DNA of 64,000 nt from Octopus vulgaris (lineage: Eukaryota): assembly GCA_951406725.2 (NCBI GenBank), contig OX597818.1, forward strand, positions 7,936,001 to 8,000,000, written 5' to 3'. The notes below the pieces were generated by a model, which searched no databases, was not told the DNA's origin, and saw only the letters and a list, made by a program, of their open reading frames with translations. The position numbers and the translations under genes are program-made. Within the stretch, counting starts at the first letter, position 1. Each line of letters begins with the position of its first letter. Shown one piece after another: positions 1 through 12,190 of this stretch.

Positions 1-410
1 CTCCTCCGTCCTAGACTGGTGAACGGAAGGGGGCCAATCATTCTTCATGACAATGCTCGACCATACTTTTTACTAATGATGCTCCAGAAGTTGAAGGTAC
101 TGGGCTACGAAGTTCTTTCCCATCCAGTTTATTCCCCAGACATTTTTCCTACCGACTACAACTTTTTCAATCTCGTTGATGGTTTCCTGTGAGAGAAGGA
201 GTTAAAATAGCATGATGCTGAAAGTGCGTTCAAAGAGTTCATCAGCTCCAGAATTCCAGACTTTTATGCTATAAACAAATTTGTAACTCGTTGGCAAAAA
301 TGTGTTGAATGCAATAGTACTTACTTTGACGAATGACATTTCAGCATTGTTGAAATATATTGTAATGAATTTCCTGTTTCAAAACATTCCTTACTTTTTA
401 CTCAGCCTGA
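1..410 (+). mobile_element. mariner (Tc1/mariner) transposon 3' part: decayed transposase C-terminus plus right TIR
   Basis: Translation gives GPIILHDNARP...LGYEVLSHPVYSPDIFPTDY (mariner HDNA and YSPDL(A)P.D motifs) with stops. Ends in AAAACATTCCTTACTTTTTACTCAGCCTGA (381-410) followed by TA, resembling an Hsmar1-type TIR. Confidence 0.85.
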
Positions 411-971
411 TATATATATATGTAAGCAAAAGTGTGCTAAGAGAAATAACTCAATGGCTCATGTGAAATATTTCAATAAAACTGACATCTAAAGAACATA
501 CAGCATAAATGCTTCATTGAATATCATTACCTCCAACTTTAGGGGATGTATCATATGTAACAAAATATAATTACGACCAGTTCCACTTGTAAGAATCTCA
601 GCTTTCCAAAATTTTCAGATGTTGACTCTCGTGGCACGTCAGTTGTTCGACCTAATATTTTGGCCAGTGGAATAATCCTGGACTGATTGATATTGAGCCA
701 AAAACAAGTGATTACAATGTGGCCGCTTATCTCTAGATAACGACTCTGTTCTTTACATTAACGGCATGTCAACATCGGAGAAATTCTTGATCATTTAGAC
801 TATCTGCCTTTCTCGAGTGGAGCTGATTTTAATTGGAATTTGCTTATTAAAATATATCCATTTAGAGGCAGAGAGGATTTAAATACATCAAGAATTTATG
901 TTATACGGTATTTCATATATTTTTATTTGTGTGTATATATGCACACACACACACACACACGCATACACATA

Positions 972-975
<4 letters not shown>

Positions 976-1031
<56 letters not shown>

Positions 1032-1386
1032 GATAAGAGTAAATAATTTCTATAAAGGCTTTTAAAAAAACCCCAATTATTTACTGGTAGAATTCGGTAT
1101 GTAAATATAGCCGATTACCGGCAGGAACTTCTGTAAAGTTCAGTATATATATTGTATATAAGAAAAAGGGACAGGCAAAACAGGTTGCTTGACCGCATAC
1201 CGAAAAAATAGAAATAGCAGTCAAGAATGCTTATTTCTATCAAAGTTGGACTCCGGGCATGACAGACCCTGTAATTCACATATGCAAAACAGAAGGAATA
1301 GATAACGAATACGAAGTCTGGCGATTATCTGTGAACATCATGTTTCTGGATTATAAACATATTGAATATATATTCCATGTGTGTTT

Positions 1387-1435
<49 letters not shown>

Positions 1436-1457
1436 TATGTGAGTGTGTGTGTGTTTG

Positions 1458-1548
<91 letters not shown>
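976..1548. repeat. (TA)n microsatellite tracts (976-1029; 1396-1548)
   Basis: Direct dinucleotide runs that produce the YIYIYI pseudo-ORFs. Confidence 0.95.
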
Positions 1549-1550
1549 GT

Positions 1551-1818
1551 GCGTTGTGTTCTTGAGCAAAGCACTTTATTTCACGTTGCTCCAGTTCACT
1601 CAGCTGTAGAACTGAGTTGCGACGTCACAGGTGCCAAGCTGTATCGACCTTTGTCTTTCCCTTGGATAACACTGGTGGCGTGGAGAGGGGAGGCCGGTAT
1701 GCATGGGCGACTACTGGTCTTCCATAAAAACAACCTTGCCCAGACTTGTGCCTCAGAGGGTAACTCTCTAGGTGCAAACCCATGGTCACTCATGACCGAA
1801 GGGGGTCTTTACCCTTTA
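1551..1818 (+). mobile_element. SINE body and tail, 5'-truncated
   Basis: Begins GCGTTGTGTTCTTGAGCAAAGCACTTTATTTCACGTTGCTCCAGTTCACTCAGCTG, a typical SINE central domain. It appears to continue from the tRNA-like head at 5661-5744, which ends in ...ACGCGTT. GC-rich island among microsatellites. Confidence 0.65.
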
Positions 1819-1879
1819 TATACATATGATGTATATAATATATAAATATATGCATATATACATACATATATCTAAATAC

Positions 1880-2580
1880 CTACATATATATGTATAAATA
1901 CATGCGTATATGGGTACAAGACATCAAAAAAACGTTGAACACAGTGCGAAACGAAAACATAAAACAAAAAATATAGAAAACGAACTTTTCGAACAACGAG
2001 AAAAACAAACAGAGAAACGTGACATGCAACATAAAGAATATTCTCCTTCACCAGTTGTCCCTGCTTCATCTACTCCGCGTTGAATGCAAGGACAATACGC
2101 GACTTCGATGAAATGGTCCTTCCCGCAAAACAAATTAAATAAAATTTGGGATTTTTTGCGGAGGGTGAAAGTGATAACAAGAACAGGAGAGTGAGAACAT
2201 GACAGTAAAAACAAAAGGCGAGGGCTGTTAAGTCAAGACGATAGAAAAATCATTATGAATGCTAGGAAAACGAGCTTATGAGAGGAGACAGGTATAAGCA
2301 TGTATTGTCTTAGGAAACAAATGGGCAGAAAGATAGATTCCCTTTCGTCGCATGTCAGAAACGAGAGAATTAAGGAGGAAGAGTGAGAGAGAGGGAATGG
2401 TGAAGAGGAGAATAGGGAAGGGTGGGAGAGAAAACCAGAAAGGATGAACAACAAAAGAGGGAGAGAGATAGACAGAGAAGTGATAATAGAGATAGAAGAG
2501 TGCGCATTGTAATTATATATATGAAAGGCGTAGCCAGTGTGGGCTTGACAGCCATGGGCATCACCCTAAGTAGTTGTTAA
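1880..2580 (-). mobile_element. probable 3' terminal fragment of a Penelope-like element
   Basis: Architecture mirrors the reverse complement of 7260-8020: a pyrimidine tract, then a T-rich terminus abutting (TA)n. No ORF motif confirmed. Confidence 0.35.
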
Positions 2581-3843
2581 GAGATCTGCCTTAATTGAAA
2601 AATATATCTTCCTTCAGATTGTAGAAAAAATTGTTTAACCTTCTCGGAATGCACATAAATGTACATAGATTTTCATTGTTTTAATTTTGCTTTCAATGTC
2701 GCCATAACCACCATCAACACCTACAGCAACACCAATCTCACTACTATTAATACATTTTAGTCAATCAATAATTGTCATCACAACCAACAATGCTATTAAA
2801 AAATATTATTTATCTACTTACCATAAGTAGTTTGTGCGCGCATCTATTTCTGTGTGCGTTTGTCTGTGTGATGTATAGAACTGGCTGGCCTTACCATGAA
2901 GCTTTCTCTAATTGTGATGCTACGGTCATTGAAAAGAAGAAGGGTCACAAGCTTTTGCTTTTCTACGAACGTATCTCTCTCCTCTCACCACCACTAAGGC
3001 AATTACCTCCCTTTACTATTAGTTATTTATCTGGTATGACTAAACTTTTCCCAATACACATAGTTATATGTTTTTATATTCGTCCCCAGTAAGACCTCTA
3101 GAGTAACCAATATTCCACATAACAATAGCTATAAATTTGCAAATGTATATTCTTTTGACTTATCATTTGTTTATGACTACATACCCACCAACACATCATA
3201 TAGTTCTTATGCATTCATTTTACAGTTGTATATGTATGTATGTATGCATGTATGTATGTATATATATACATAAAGTTAATCCAAACCAAAAAACACAAAA
3301 AACACAACAACGCTAGGACGTGGAACAAATATAGTATTATTGGACGCTCAGGAAAGAAGGAAAGGAGGAGGGTTTAACGATTCGAGCGGAGCTCTACGTC
3401 GGAAACATACGAGAAGAAAAGATCCAGAGAAGGGAAGACAGAGGAAAAAAATCGCCAACGGTACACACGAGGTCACATTTTGAAAGACCGGAAGGAAAAG
3501 GGTGAAGAAAGATGTTTTCAAAGACAGAAGAGTAGTATTGTCAAAGACAGCAGAATGGTAGAGGGGGAATGTGTGTGTAAGTGTGGATATGTGCGTGCGC
3601 GGAGGTCTGCGTGTGTGTGTGTGCTTGTGTATGTGTGTGTGGTTGGGGCTGTAAACAAAGGGCTAGTAGTAGGGCTAGAAGTAGGGCTAGTTTGTAGGGC
3701 TAGTAGAATAAGGAGTGGTGTTTTTTTGTCCCTGCCACAGGCCAATACTGTTACTTTGAAGTATGTGTGTGTGTGCGTGTATGTATATGTATCGTATGTG
3801 TGTTTTGTTTGTAGTGTGTGTGTTCGTGTGTGTATGCGTAGAG

Positions 3844-4284
3844 ACTTGAAATCTTCAAAGCCACAGTCGAACCAATTCTACTATATGGCCCAGAAACCTG
3901 GACGTTATCAAAGAAGCTTGAGAGGCGGTTGGATGGAACCTACACTCGACTCCTTATGAGAACTCAAAATCTCTCGTGGAAGCGCCATCCAACCAAAATG
4001 CAAATATATGGGAAACAACCACCTGTGTCATCTCCTGTGAAAGGTAGAAGGATCCAGTTTGCTGGACATTGTTGTAGAGCTGAAAAAGAGGTAATTTCTA
4101 CTCTTCTCCTCTGCAAGCCATCTACTCGCAATGCCAGAGGGCGCACACTCTCCTACTCTGATGTAATCTCCAGGGATACAGGCATCCAGCAACAGGACAT
4201 CCGTAATGCCATGATGGACCGTGAAGTCTGGCGTAGCATGGTAAATTCCATTGTCTCGACCACGGTCGAAAAATGATGATGATC
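3844..4284 (+). mobile_element. RTE-clade LINE 3' fragment inserted into the PLE
   Basis: Encodes LEIFKATVEPILLYGPETWTLSKK...QFAGHC...DREVWR...* with an (ATG)n tail. Flanked by the 10-bp TSD ATGCGTAGAG (3834-3843 and 4285-4294). Confidence 0.85.
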
Positions 4285-4294
4285 ATGCGTAGAG

Positions 4295-5372
4295 TTTGGG
4301 TGTGTGGCGAATAACTGTGCGTTACTTAGTGTATGTTTGCGTGTGTGCTTGTACGTGCGTATGTGTGTATACATGTGTGTATAATTGTGTGCGTGTATGT
4401 ATAATTGTGTGCCGTGTGTATGGGACGTATGTGTGGGTTCATTTGTGTGTGTATGTATGTGCGTGCGTGTCGTATGTGCGTGTAGTTGTGTGTGCGTTTG
4501 CATGTGTGTGTGTAAGCGTATATGGATGTATATGCGTGCATCCGTGGGGTTGTGAGTTTTGGGTGTGTGCATTGGTGTGCGTGTGTGCATGCGTATGTGT
4601 GCATGCGTATGTGTGCGCATGTTTATGTGTGCGTATGTGTATGTGTGTCTGCGCCTATATGTGTATACGTATGTGTATGTGTGTGTGCACGTGTGGGCAT
4701 ATATTGTGTGTATGTATATGTATCGGTGTGTATGTGAATTTGTGTATGCGTGTGTGTGTGGGGGGTGGTGGTGGTTGGAGTTGTGTGGTCGTAATGTGCG
4801 TGCGTCTGCTTCTGTGCGGGTGTGCGCTTACGTGCGTGTATGTGTGTGTGTGTCTGTGCCCATGTGTGTATAAGTGTGTGCGTATCTGTATGAGTATTGT
4901 TTGTTGGAGGTATATGTGGGCATCTGTGCTGGTGTGTGTGCATGTACGTGTGTATGTGTGTGTGCGTGTATTGTGTGCGTATGTACGTGCGTGTGTGTGT
5001 GTGTATGTTGACCGTGGAGATGTGTGTCAGGTTGTGTTCATTTTAATGTGTGTACGCGCGTGTGCTTGAGTATGTGAGTGTATGTGGCTATGTGTACGTT
5101 TATGTGTGTGTGTCTAAAGGTATGTGTCTAAAGGTTTGTGTGTATGTGTATGCTGGATGGGATTTGTGTGCATTCCTGTGCGTGTGTGTGCGTTTGTGTA
5201 CGTGTGTGTGTACACGGGCATATGTGTGTGGGTGGGTGTATTTTTGTGTGTGTGCGTGTGTGTATATGTGTGGAAGTATGTGTGCCTATATGTGCATGTA
5301 TGTTGTATGTGTGTGGTGTGTTGGAAGTATGTGTGTGTTCGTGGATACGTGAGTATGTGTGTGTATGTGTTT
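4295..5372. repeat. cryptic GT/CA-rich low-complexity tract inside the PLE 3' region
   Basis: Imperfect (GT)n/(GTAT)n for ~1.1 kb; source of the VCVCVY pseudo-ORFs. Confidence 0.9.
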
Positions 5373-5660
5373 CTGTATAAGGACAATAATTTATAAAAAC
5401 AATAAAATAATAAAAAAACAATAAATAATATAAAAGACGTAATAGCACGTAAGGAAAGGAATGAAAATAATAGAAGGAAGAAATAAGGAAAAAAAAAAGA
5501 AATAAAAAAAGTTGCGGGAGGTGGAGCGCAGTCACTAAGAGGAGGGGGCTGTGTTGAGTCCGTGCGGGGTATTAATCTGTAAAGTGAAAACAAACCGTTG
5601 CTCCAAGGGAAGCCTGGATTGTGGATGACCGTTGTGTGGAGCGAGACCAAACACAGTTTT

Positions 5661-5744
5661 AACGCGTTGTCCGTTCTAGGAATCGAAACCACAATCTTAC
5701 GATTGCGATGATGAGACCCTAACCACTAAGCCACGCGCCTCCAC
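5661..5744 (-). mobile_element. tRNA-derived SINE head (Pol III A and B boxes)
   Basis: Minus strand GGAGGCGCGTGGCTTAGTGGTTAGG (A box) ... GGTTTCGATTCC (B box). No complete tRNA cloverleaf 3' end. Confidence 0.75.
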
Positions 5745-5822
5745 TCATATATATACATATATATATATATATACATCGTCTCCGCTCATCTCTAAATACC
5801 TCGACCGTGTCCTTGCCCCCTA

Positions 5823-7297
5823 GTGGCGTCTCTTCCCTCCCACATCCACGATACCAACCATGCTCTCCGGCTTTTTAACTCTTTCTCCTTTCCTTCCGGC
5901 TCCTCCAAAATCCTTTTTACTATGGACATCCAGAGCCTCTATACCGTTATCCCTCACCACGAAGGACTGCGGGCACTTCAACACTTTCTTGACCTCCGCC
6001 CCAACCCTGTACCTGACACCTCCACACTCATTCGTCTGGTCGAACTTGTCCTCACTCTCAACTGCTTCTCGTTCACGGGCGAGTTCTACCATCAAGTCTC
6101 GGGAGTGGCCATGGGAACGCGAATGGGCCCCAACTATGCAAACCTGTTCGTTGGCTATGTTGAGGCCCAAATATTCTCTAATTTCACTGGTCCCACTCCT
6201 GAACTATACTGTCGTTACATTGACGATATTATCGGTGCCACCTCACTCGCCCGTGAACATCTAGATTCCTTCCTCTCTTTCGTTCAATCTTTCCATCCAG
6301 CCCTCCACTTCACCTCCACTATCTCCAACACCCCTGTCTCCTTCCTCGACATTTCGGTCAGCATTCTTCACTCCACTCTTACCACCTCCATTCACTACAA
6401 ACACACATACTCACACTCATACCTCAACTTCTCTTCCTCCCACCCAGAACACACCAAGCTTTCCATCCCCTATTCCCAATTCCTCCGTCTACGTAGGCTC
6501 TGTAGTGACGACCATGACTTTGAGACTCAGTCTCAACGTATGGCTCACCACTTCATCCTACGTTGATACCCCCTCACCACTATCCACACCGCCCTTGCCA
6601 GAGCACGTTCCGTAGACCGTGCATCTGCTCTCTCTCCCCGAACCCGCACTGTAGTCTCCCGCCTCCCTTTTCCCCTCACTTACCACCCCACGACCCTACC
6701 TCTCCAACGCACCATTCTTCGAGCTTTCCGGCATCTCCAGTCCGACCCGTCCACTTCACACCTCTTCCCTATACGACACTCCCCTCTTTCAAACGATCCC
6801 ATAACCTACGAGACCTTTTGGTCCATAGCTCCTTCCCTGACCCTACCTCCCAACCTAGCTCGTTCCCCTGCTCCCGCCCACGTTGCCGCACTTGCCCTTA
6901 CCTCTCCAACACCACCCTCCTCACTGGCACCCATCATCGACCCTATCGCATCATCAACTCCTTCACCTGCACCTCCAGCAATATCATCTATTGCGTCTCT
7001 TGCTCTCTCTGCCATTCCCTGTACATCGGACAAACGGGACGCCGCTTGGCTGACCGGTTCGCGGAACACCTCCGTGACATCCGCCTTGCCAACGACACAG
7101 CGGTCTCACGCCATTTCCGCTCCACCGGTCACTCCTTGCAACATCTGTCTGTGTTCGGTTTGTCCTTGCACAGAGGCCATCCGGATTCCCGTTTGCGCCG
7201 TGAACAGGAATTAATCTTCTCTGTTCGCTCTTTTACGCCATTTGGTCTCAACTCTCCCCCCTCCTCATCTAACCCCCCTCTCCCCCTCCTCATCTAA
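5823..7297 (+). pseudogene. PLE reverse transcriptase plus GIY-YIG endonuclease, disrupted
   Basis: RT motifs FTMDIQSLYT, GVAMGTRMGPNYANLF, YCRYIDD and FLDISV. In-frame TGA at 6564-6566 (R*YP for RGYP) and a frameshift near 6780. Linker CSRPRCRTC, then NIIYCVSCSLCHSLYIGQTGRRLADRFAEH (GIY-YIG). Confidence 0.93.
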
Positions 7298-7880
7298 CCT
7301 CCCCCGACCCCTACTTCTCTTCAGTCCTTCATCCTTTCACCTCTACTCCTCTTCCCTTCTTCCCTCTTTCTTCTTCCCTCTTCCCATTCCCTCTTTCTCT
7401 CTGCTCCCTCACTCCCCTTCTCTCTCTATCCCCCTCTCCCTCTATCCTCCATCCTCCTCTCCCCTCCCCTTTCCCTCTCCTTCCTTATCCCCCTTCCCCC
7501 TCCTCTTCTCCCCTTCCACCCTCATCTCATCTCCCCTCCCCTCTCTCCCCTCATCTCTCCTATCTCTCCCCCTTACCTCCCACTCTTCCCCTCTCCCCCT
7601 CATCTCCTCTCTCTACACTACCACCATACGACTTTACACATCACATCATATATACATACACACGTGCAGACCTCTCATACGCACTACATACTCTCTCATA
7701 CACACACACACTCTTATGTTGGGGCGAGGTCATTTAACCCTATTATCTCCCCTAATTTCGCTCTTGCGTCTCACGTTTGATCTTTGACTTCTGGCCGAAA
7801 TCAGATCACCATGTTGATTCGCTAGCCTCTGCACGCATTTTTTTCTCTCCTTGTTTCTTTCTGTGTTTCTTTTCTGTGTA

Positions 7881-7918
7881 TCTTTCTGTTGAAGAGCGTA
7901 GGCTCGAAACATAAAAGA
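7881..7918 (+). ncRNA. minimal type I hammerhead ribozyme motif, mutated
   Basis: UCUUU-CUGUUGA-A-GAGC(GUAG)GCUC-GAAAC-AUA-AAAGA. Stem I UCUUU/AAAGA and stem II GAGC/GCUC are intact. The core has A6>U and the expected ACGU stem III reads ACAU. Confidence 0.65.
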
Positions 7919-8024
7919 CTTGTTTTATTTATATTCCTGAGCGCCATACTAATACAATTGTTTGTTTGTATTCCACCTGCCTTCGTCTTTTGTTTATTTT
8001 CATAAAGCTTCCCGTTATATACAC

Positions 8025-8025
<1 letters not shown>

Positions 8026-8092
<67 letters not shown>
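8026..8092. repeat. (GATA)n microsatellite
   Basis: Direct repeat run immediately after the PLE end. Confidence 0.95.
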
Positions 8093-8880
8093 GAATAGTG
8101 TTCAGGAGTCAGTACAAATCAAAAATTAAAGTTAAAAAATGTAAATTAAATTGGAAATGACTTAGAAAAAAAGTTCCTTCTGTATCTTTTCCAACTTAAT
8201 TTACTGTTTTTAACTATATATAATTTACTGTTTTTAACTATATATATATATATATATATATACATACATACATAAATAAATAATATATATATATATATAT
8301 ATATAGATAGATAGGGGTAAGATAGGGGTTATGAATGTAACCCACTATGGAATATCAGTTATCTATATATATATAAATATCGAACGATGTGAATGAGTGC
8401 TCAACACTACATTGTTGGATAAATTATCATTATTTGTACTTTAAAGCTACTATTAGTTTCATGTTAAATTAAATATCTTAATGTCTTAACAATCTTTAAA
8501 GCATATTACATGGAACGGTTAAAATCCAGGCTAGCTAGGAGAATAATATCATTTTTTAAAAATTGCATCTCCGAAAAGTTAAATTGGGGTCCCTTGACGA
8601 CAATGTAACTTTGATCTGATGAGTAGCTATTGGAGTAACCCTCGTTAATCAATCACTTCCTAGGTTCGGCTAGTTCGAAAATATTTGCAACCTGTTCATT
8701 TCCCTCAATTTCGATTTTTATTTGCATCTATAACAAACTTAGTTGCTAACCGTGAACTATAAAAACATTTTCAGCTCATCGAGCTTAAATACGGAGACAA
8801 TTGTTTGTAATGTCTACCACGGTATGCTTGGATTTGATAACTGTATATATACATATAAACACAACTTCAACAGCAACATT

Positions 8881-9026
<146 letters not shown>

Positions 9027-9059
9027 TTGTTGCGAAATGGCATAGCCGTACCTTTAATT

Positions 9060-9930
9060 CCGTTTATATATGTAGAGCTTTACAAGTCATACACATGTTA
9101 CAACTGCGCCGATTAGTAACCGTTACAAATGCAATCCTACTATAATGCGGGTGCAGTTTCTTGAATCTAATTGTTTAATGTTTTTCGCTTATAGACTCTG
9201 CGTTGTACGACAAAGTGCTGTTCGTAAAGTTAGACGCGAAATATCTTCAATTCAAGTTTTGATTGGATAATCACTTATAGTCCGTTATTTCAAAATCCTC
9301 TGTTGTTCAAATATCTATTATTCATCTATACTGGGTAAATGTAAATTTCTTCCCGTGTTTGTTCCTGCTTAGAATTTATTACAGTTCTCTTCGATGTTAA
9401 GATTTGGTAAAATTCTTGTTAACACAGTTCACACTTTTTTTAGCTCCACTTCTGTATGGGTTTGCAGTACAAATTAATTGATAGCATAGTCTATGTTTCT
9501 GTCTTTAATAGGCCATATTAATTCATTAAGACGTATTTGGAATCTATTATTTTCATCTCTAAATGAACTCAAATTATTTACTAACCTCCTCTTGAAAATT
9601 AATGATCTCGTACCGACGTAAAAAATATTTAGTACACTCACGTGTAACTTTACATCTATAGAATTATATTTGTAGTCTTATACCTCTTTTTACATAGCAG
9701 GATACCCATTTAGAACAACTGCAGAGATATTTTATATGCCTCTCAGATTTAGTTTTAATTTGATCATTCATGGTAAACTAAAATTCCTTTCCACCAAGTT
9801 CTTAATTTACACTTTTAGATAAATATCATTGTTCTATTTCAAGCTGAATATTTTATAAGATTCTATGTTATTAACTATGTTAAATTTGGTTGGTGCCTGT
9901 TCAGCGAATTTTAAATGCTTAGCATTCTAT
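9060..9930 (-). mobile_element. highly decayed PLE ORF fragment
   Basis: Minus-strand patches NLVERNFSL...VLNGYP (compare the PLE L..RA...NGYP motif) and, downstream, RRSCNMCMTCKAL (Cys linker). Many stops. Confidence 0.4.
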
Positions 9931-10079
9931 TTTATTTTAGCTTTTTGAATTCCTTTTGACATTACTATGCTTAATATTTACTTCGCTACTCTGATTATAT
10001 ACATACATGCATACATACATACATACATACATACATACATACATACATAGATACATACATACATACATACATACATACA

Positions 10080-10113
<34 letters not shown>

Positions 10114-11069
10114 CATACATACATTTATATATATATATATATATAAATTTAATATGTACAAATGAATTTATGGAGATATTACGAATTAAAAACAATTGAT
10201 TATTTCCCTAGATGAGAGGAAAATTAAACGTAGGCATAGGTCGAATTACTTATATAATAAAATTAGATAATTTGTGAAAATATGTTTAACCTCATTTATG
10301 TTATTAATTTATTAATCTATGTAGTTATATTATGTAGTATTATAATGAGTATAAATTAGTTGTAGGTTATGTAGTGTATGAACATAACTAGAATAAGTTT
10401 AAACCAAGAGATTAATAAAAGTAATTGAAGAATATATATTAATATATGGGCATTTCAGTAATTATATATTTTTATATTATTGCATATAATGCCGTAGTTT
10501 TTAATTATTGAGAATTTAGAATTTTTGCCCGTAAATGGTATATTACATCATGTTTTATTTATTGTTTTTTTTATCGTTAAAAAAATATATCTATTTATTC
10601 ATTTATTATATATTTATTGTTTTCGTCAAAGTATTTTTACAGCGCTAGATTGTAAGTTTAAAGTTTTAAATTTCTTTTAACTGGTTTTCTTCAATAAGAT
10701 AAGTCATTTCTTTGCTTTACATTAATATTGTTAAATTCTATTGAATTATTTACGGTTAATATACATATATGTATATATTTATTGTTTTATTATAGTATCT
10801 AAATTTATTTATGCTATTTTTTGGAGCTGAACAGTGGCTAAATATTTTAAAATTGATGTTTTATTGAATTTTAATTTTTTTGATATTAAATTTTGGTATT
10901 ATCGATTTATATATTTAGTTATGAAATGCGCGAAGTCATTTAATATTTTGATTTGTTATGAGATTTTTAGAATAATAATTATAATATATTTAATTAATTT
11001 CTATGTGGTTATTATTGATAATATCTTTTAAATATTGATGGTATAACTAAATAGTGGTTTGTCTCTTAA

Positions 11070-11144
<75 letters not shown>

Positions 11145-11218
11145 ATATTGCGAATTTTGATTTAGTGTGCTAAATTGTAGTTTTTTCCCTGTTAGCTTGG
11201 AATTATTACATTCCGAAC

Positions 11219-11369
<151 letters not shown>

Positions 11370-12013
11370 AGAAATATTCACCTATATTAAAGGTCACTTC
11401 GGTGGGAGTGTAAGGGGGTGAGAACCAGATAATTTTCCCGTGTGTATGTTTTCTTTTCTTTATTTCTGGCCGAATAGTAAGTGTGTAAGCTATTTCCTCT
11501 TGAAATCCACTTACTTAAAGGGCATTGTTATATAGTGAAGCAGTATTATTAAATATGTTTATATTGGAGGAGAGGCTAGAAATTCATCTGCTAATATTCT
11601 TAACTAAATTCTTAAACACTATGGGGACTAGACTGAAAGTAATGCTAAAGCGGACAAATATTTTTTATTTACTCTCACATTCCATTTTGATTGCACACTG
11701 TGATAGGATGCCACACTTCTATCCAAAGATAATACTTAGAAATTGATGCACTTGTGCCGTCATTGAACCCAAATCACGAAGCTTCCTTGACAACATTCAA
11801 ACGTTCACTATTGTACTACCTTTATGCGCTCCTTCTCACTTCGTCTATATCATCAAATACATCTCCCCAAAGACTGTCCTTCATGGAATCCAACATGGAA
11901 AAGTCCGATGTTACAAGATCTGTGCTGTATGGAGGATCGGAGAAAATTTTATTAATATCCAAAACAATGTGAGAAGACACTTTGTTAAAGGATTAACTAT
12001 GAAACGGGGAAAA

Positions 12014-12190
12014 TTAAGACAGAAGGAATGAATTTACTTTAAAATTGAGATAGTTCATGTCATAAAAAAAGGAAAACAAAGAGATGGAAAAAGAATTCCA
12101 AAGTCTGGCAGTTCGAGGAAAAAGCTTTGACTGGAGAAATATCACCTTCTTCGTCGAAGCACAACATTTGGATGAAGATGTGAGTTTCGA
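12014..12190 (-). mobile_element. CR1/L2/Jockey-group LINE 3' fragment
   Basis: SKLFPRTARLWNSFS...FYDMNYLNFKVNSFLL* matches the F.PRT.RLWN.LP...YD...FK..VN C-terminal signature of these LINE ORF2s. Confidence 0.65.

Larger units (their letters stand above)
3271..5656 (-). mobile_element. Penelope-like element 3' fragment (ORF C-terminus, CA-rich 3' tract, terminal repeat with decayed HHR)
   Basis: Minus strand 5656-5535 reads VFGLAPHNGHPQSRLPLEQRFVFTLQINTPHGLNTAPSS*, homologous to VFGLSLHRGHPDSRLRREQELIFSVRSFTPFGLNSPPSS in the plus-strand PLE. Decayed HHR at 3372-3406. Confidence 0.8.
5776..8020 (+). mobile_element. Penelope-like retroelement (Neptune-type), 5'-truncated
   Basis: RT, Cys linker and GIY-YIG endonuclease ORF remnants, then a polypyrimidine 3' tract (7260-7620) and a terminal region with a minimal HHR (7881-7918). 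Abuts (GATA)n. Confidence 0.92.

Noticed and set aside
2040-2100. Possible permuted (type II) HHR on the minus strand (CUGGUGAAGG)
   Set aside because: The GAAA box is absent and the core is mutated in this copy, so it cannot be supported from the window.
5661-5744. Possible tRNA gene
   Set aside because: A and B boxes are present but no acceptor stem closes; it fits a SINE head.
7242-7787. 181-aa Pro/Ser/Leu-rich ORF
   Set aside because: It is the polypyrimidine 3' tract of the PLE.
8198-8243. Short tandem duplications (also 56392-56425)
   Set aside because: Ordinary slippage duplications of about 17-23 bp.
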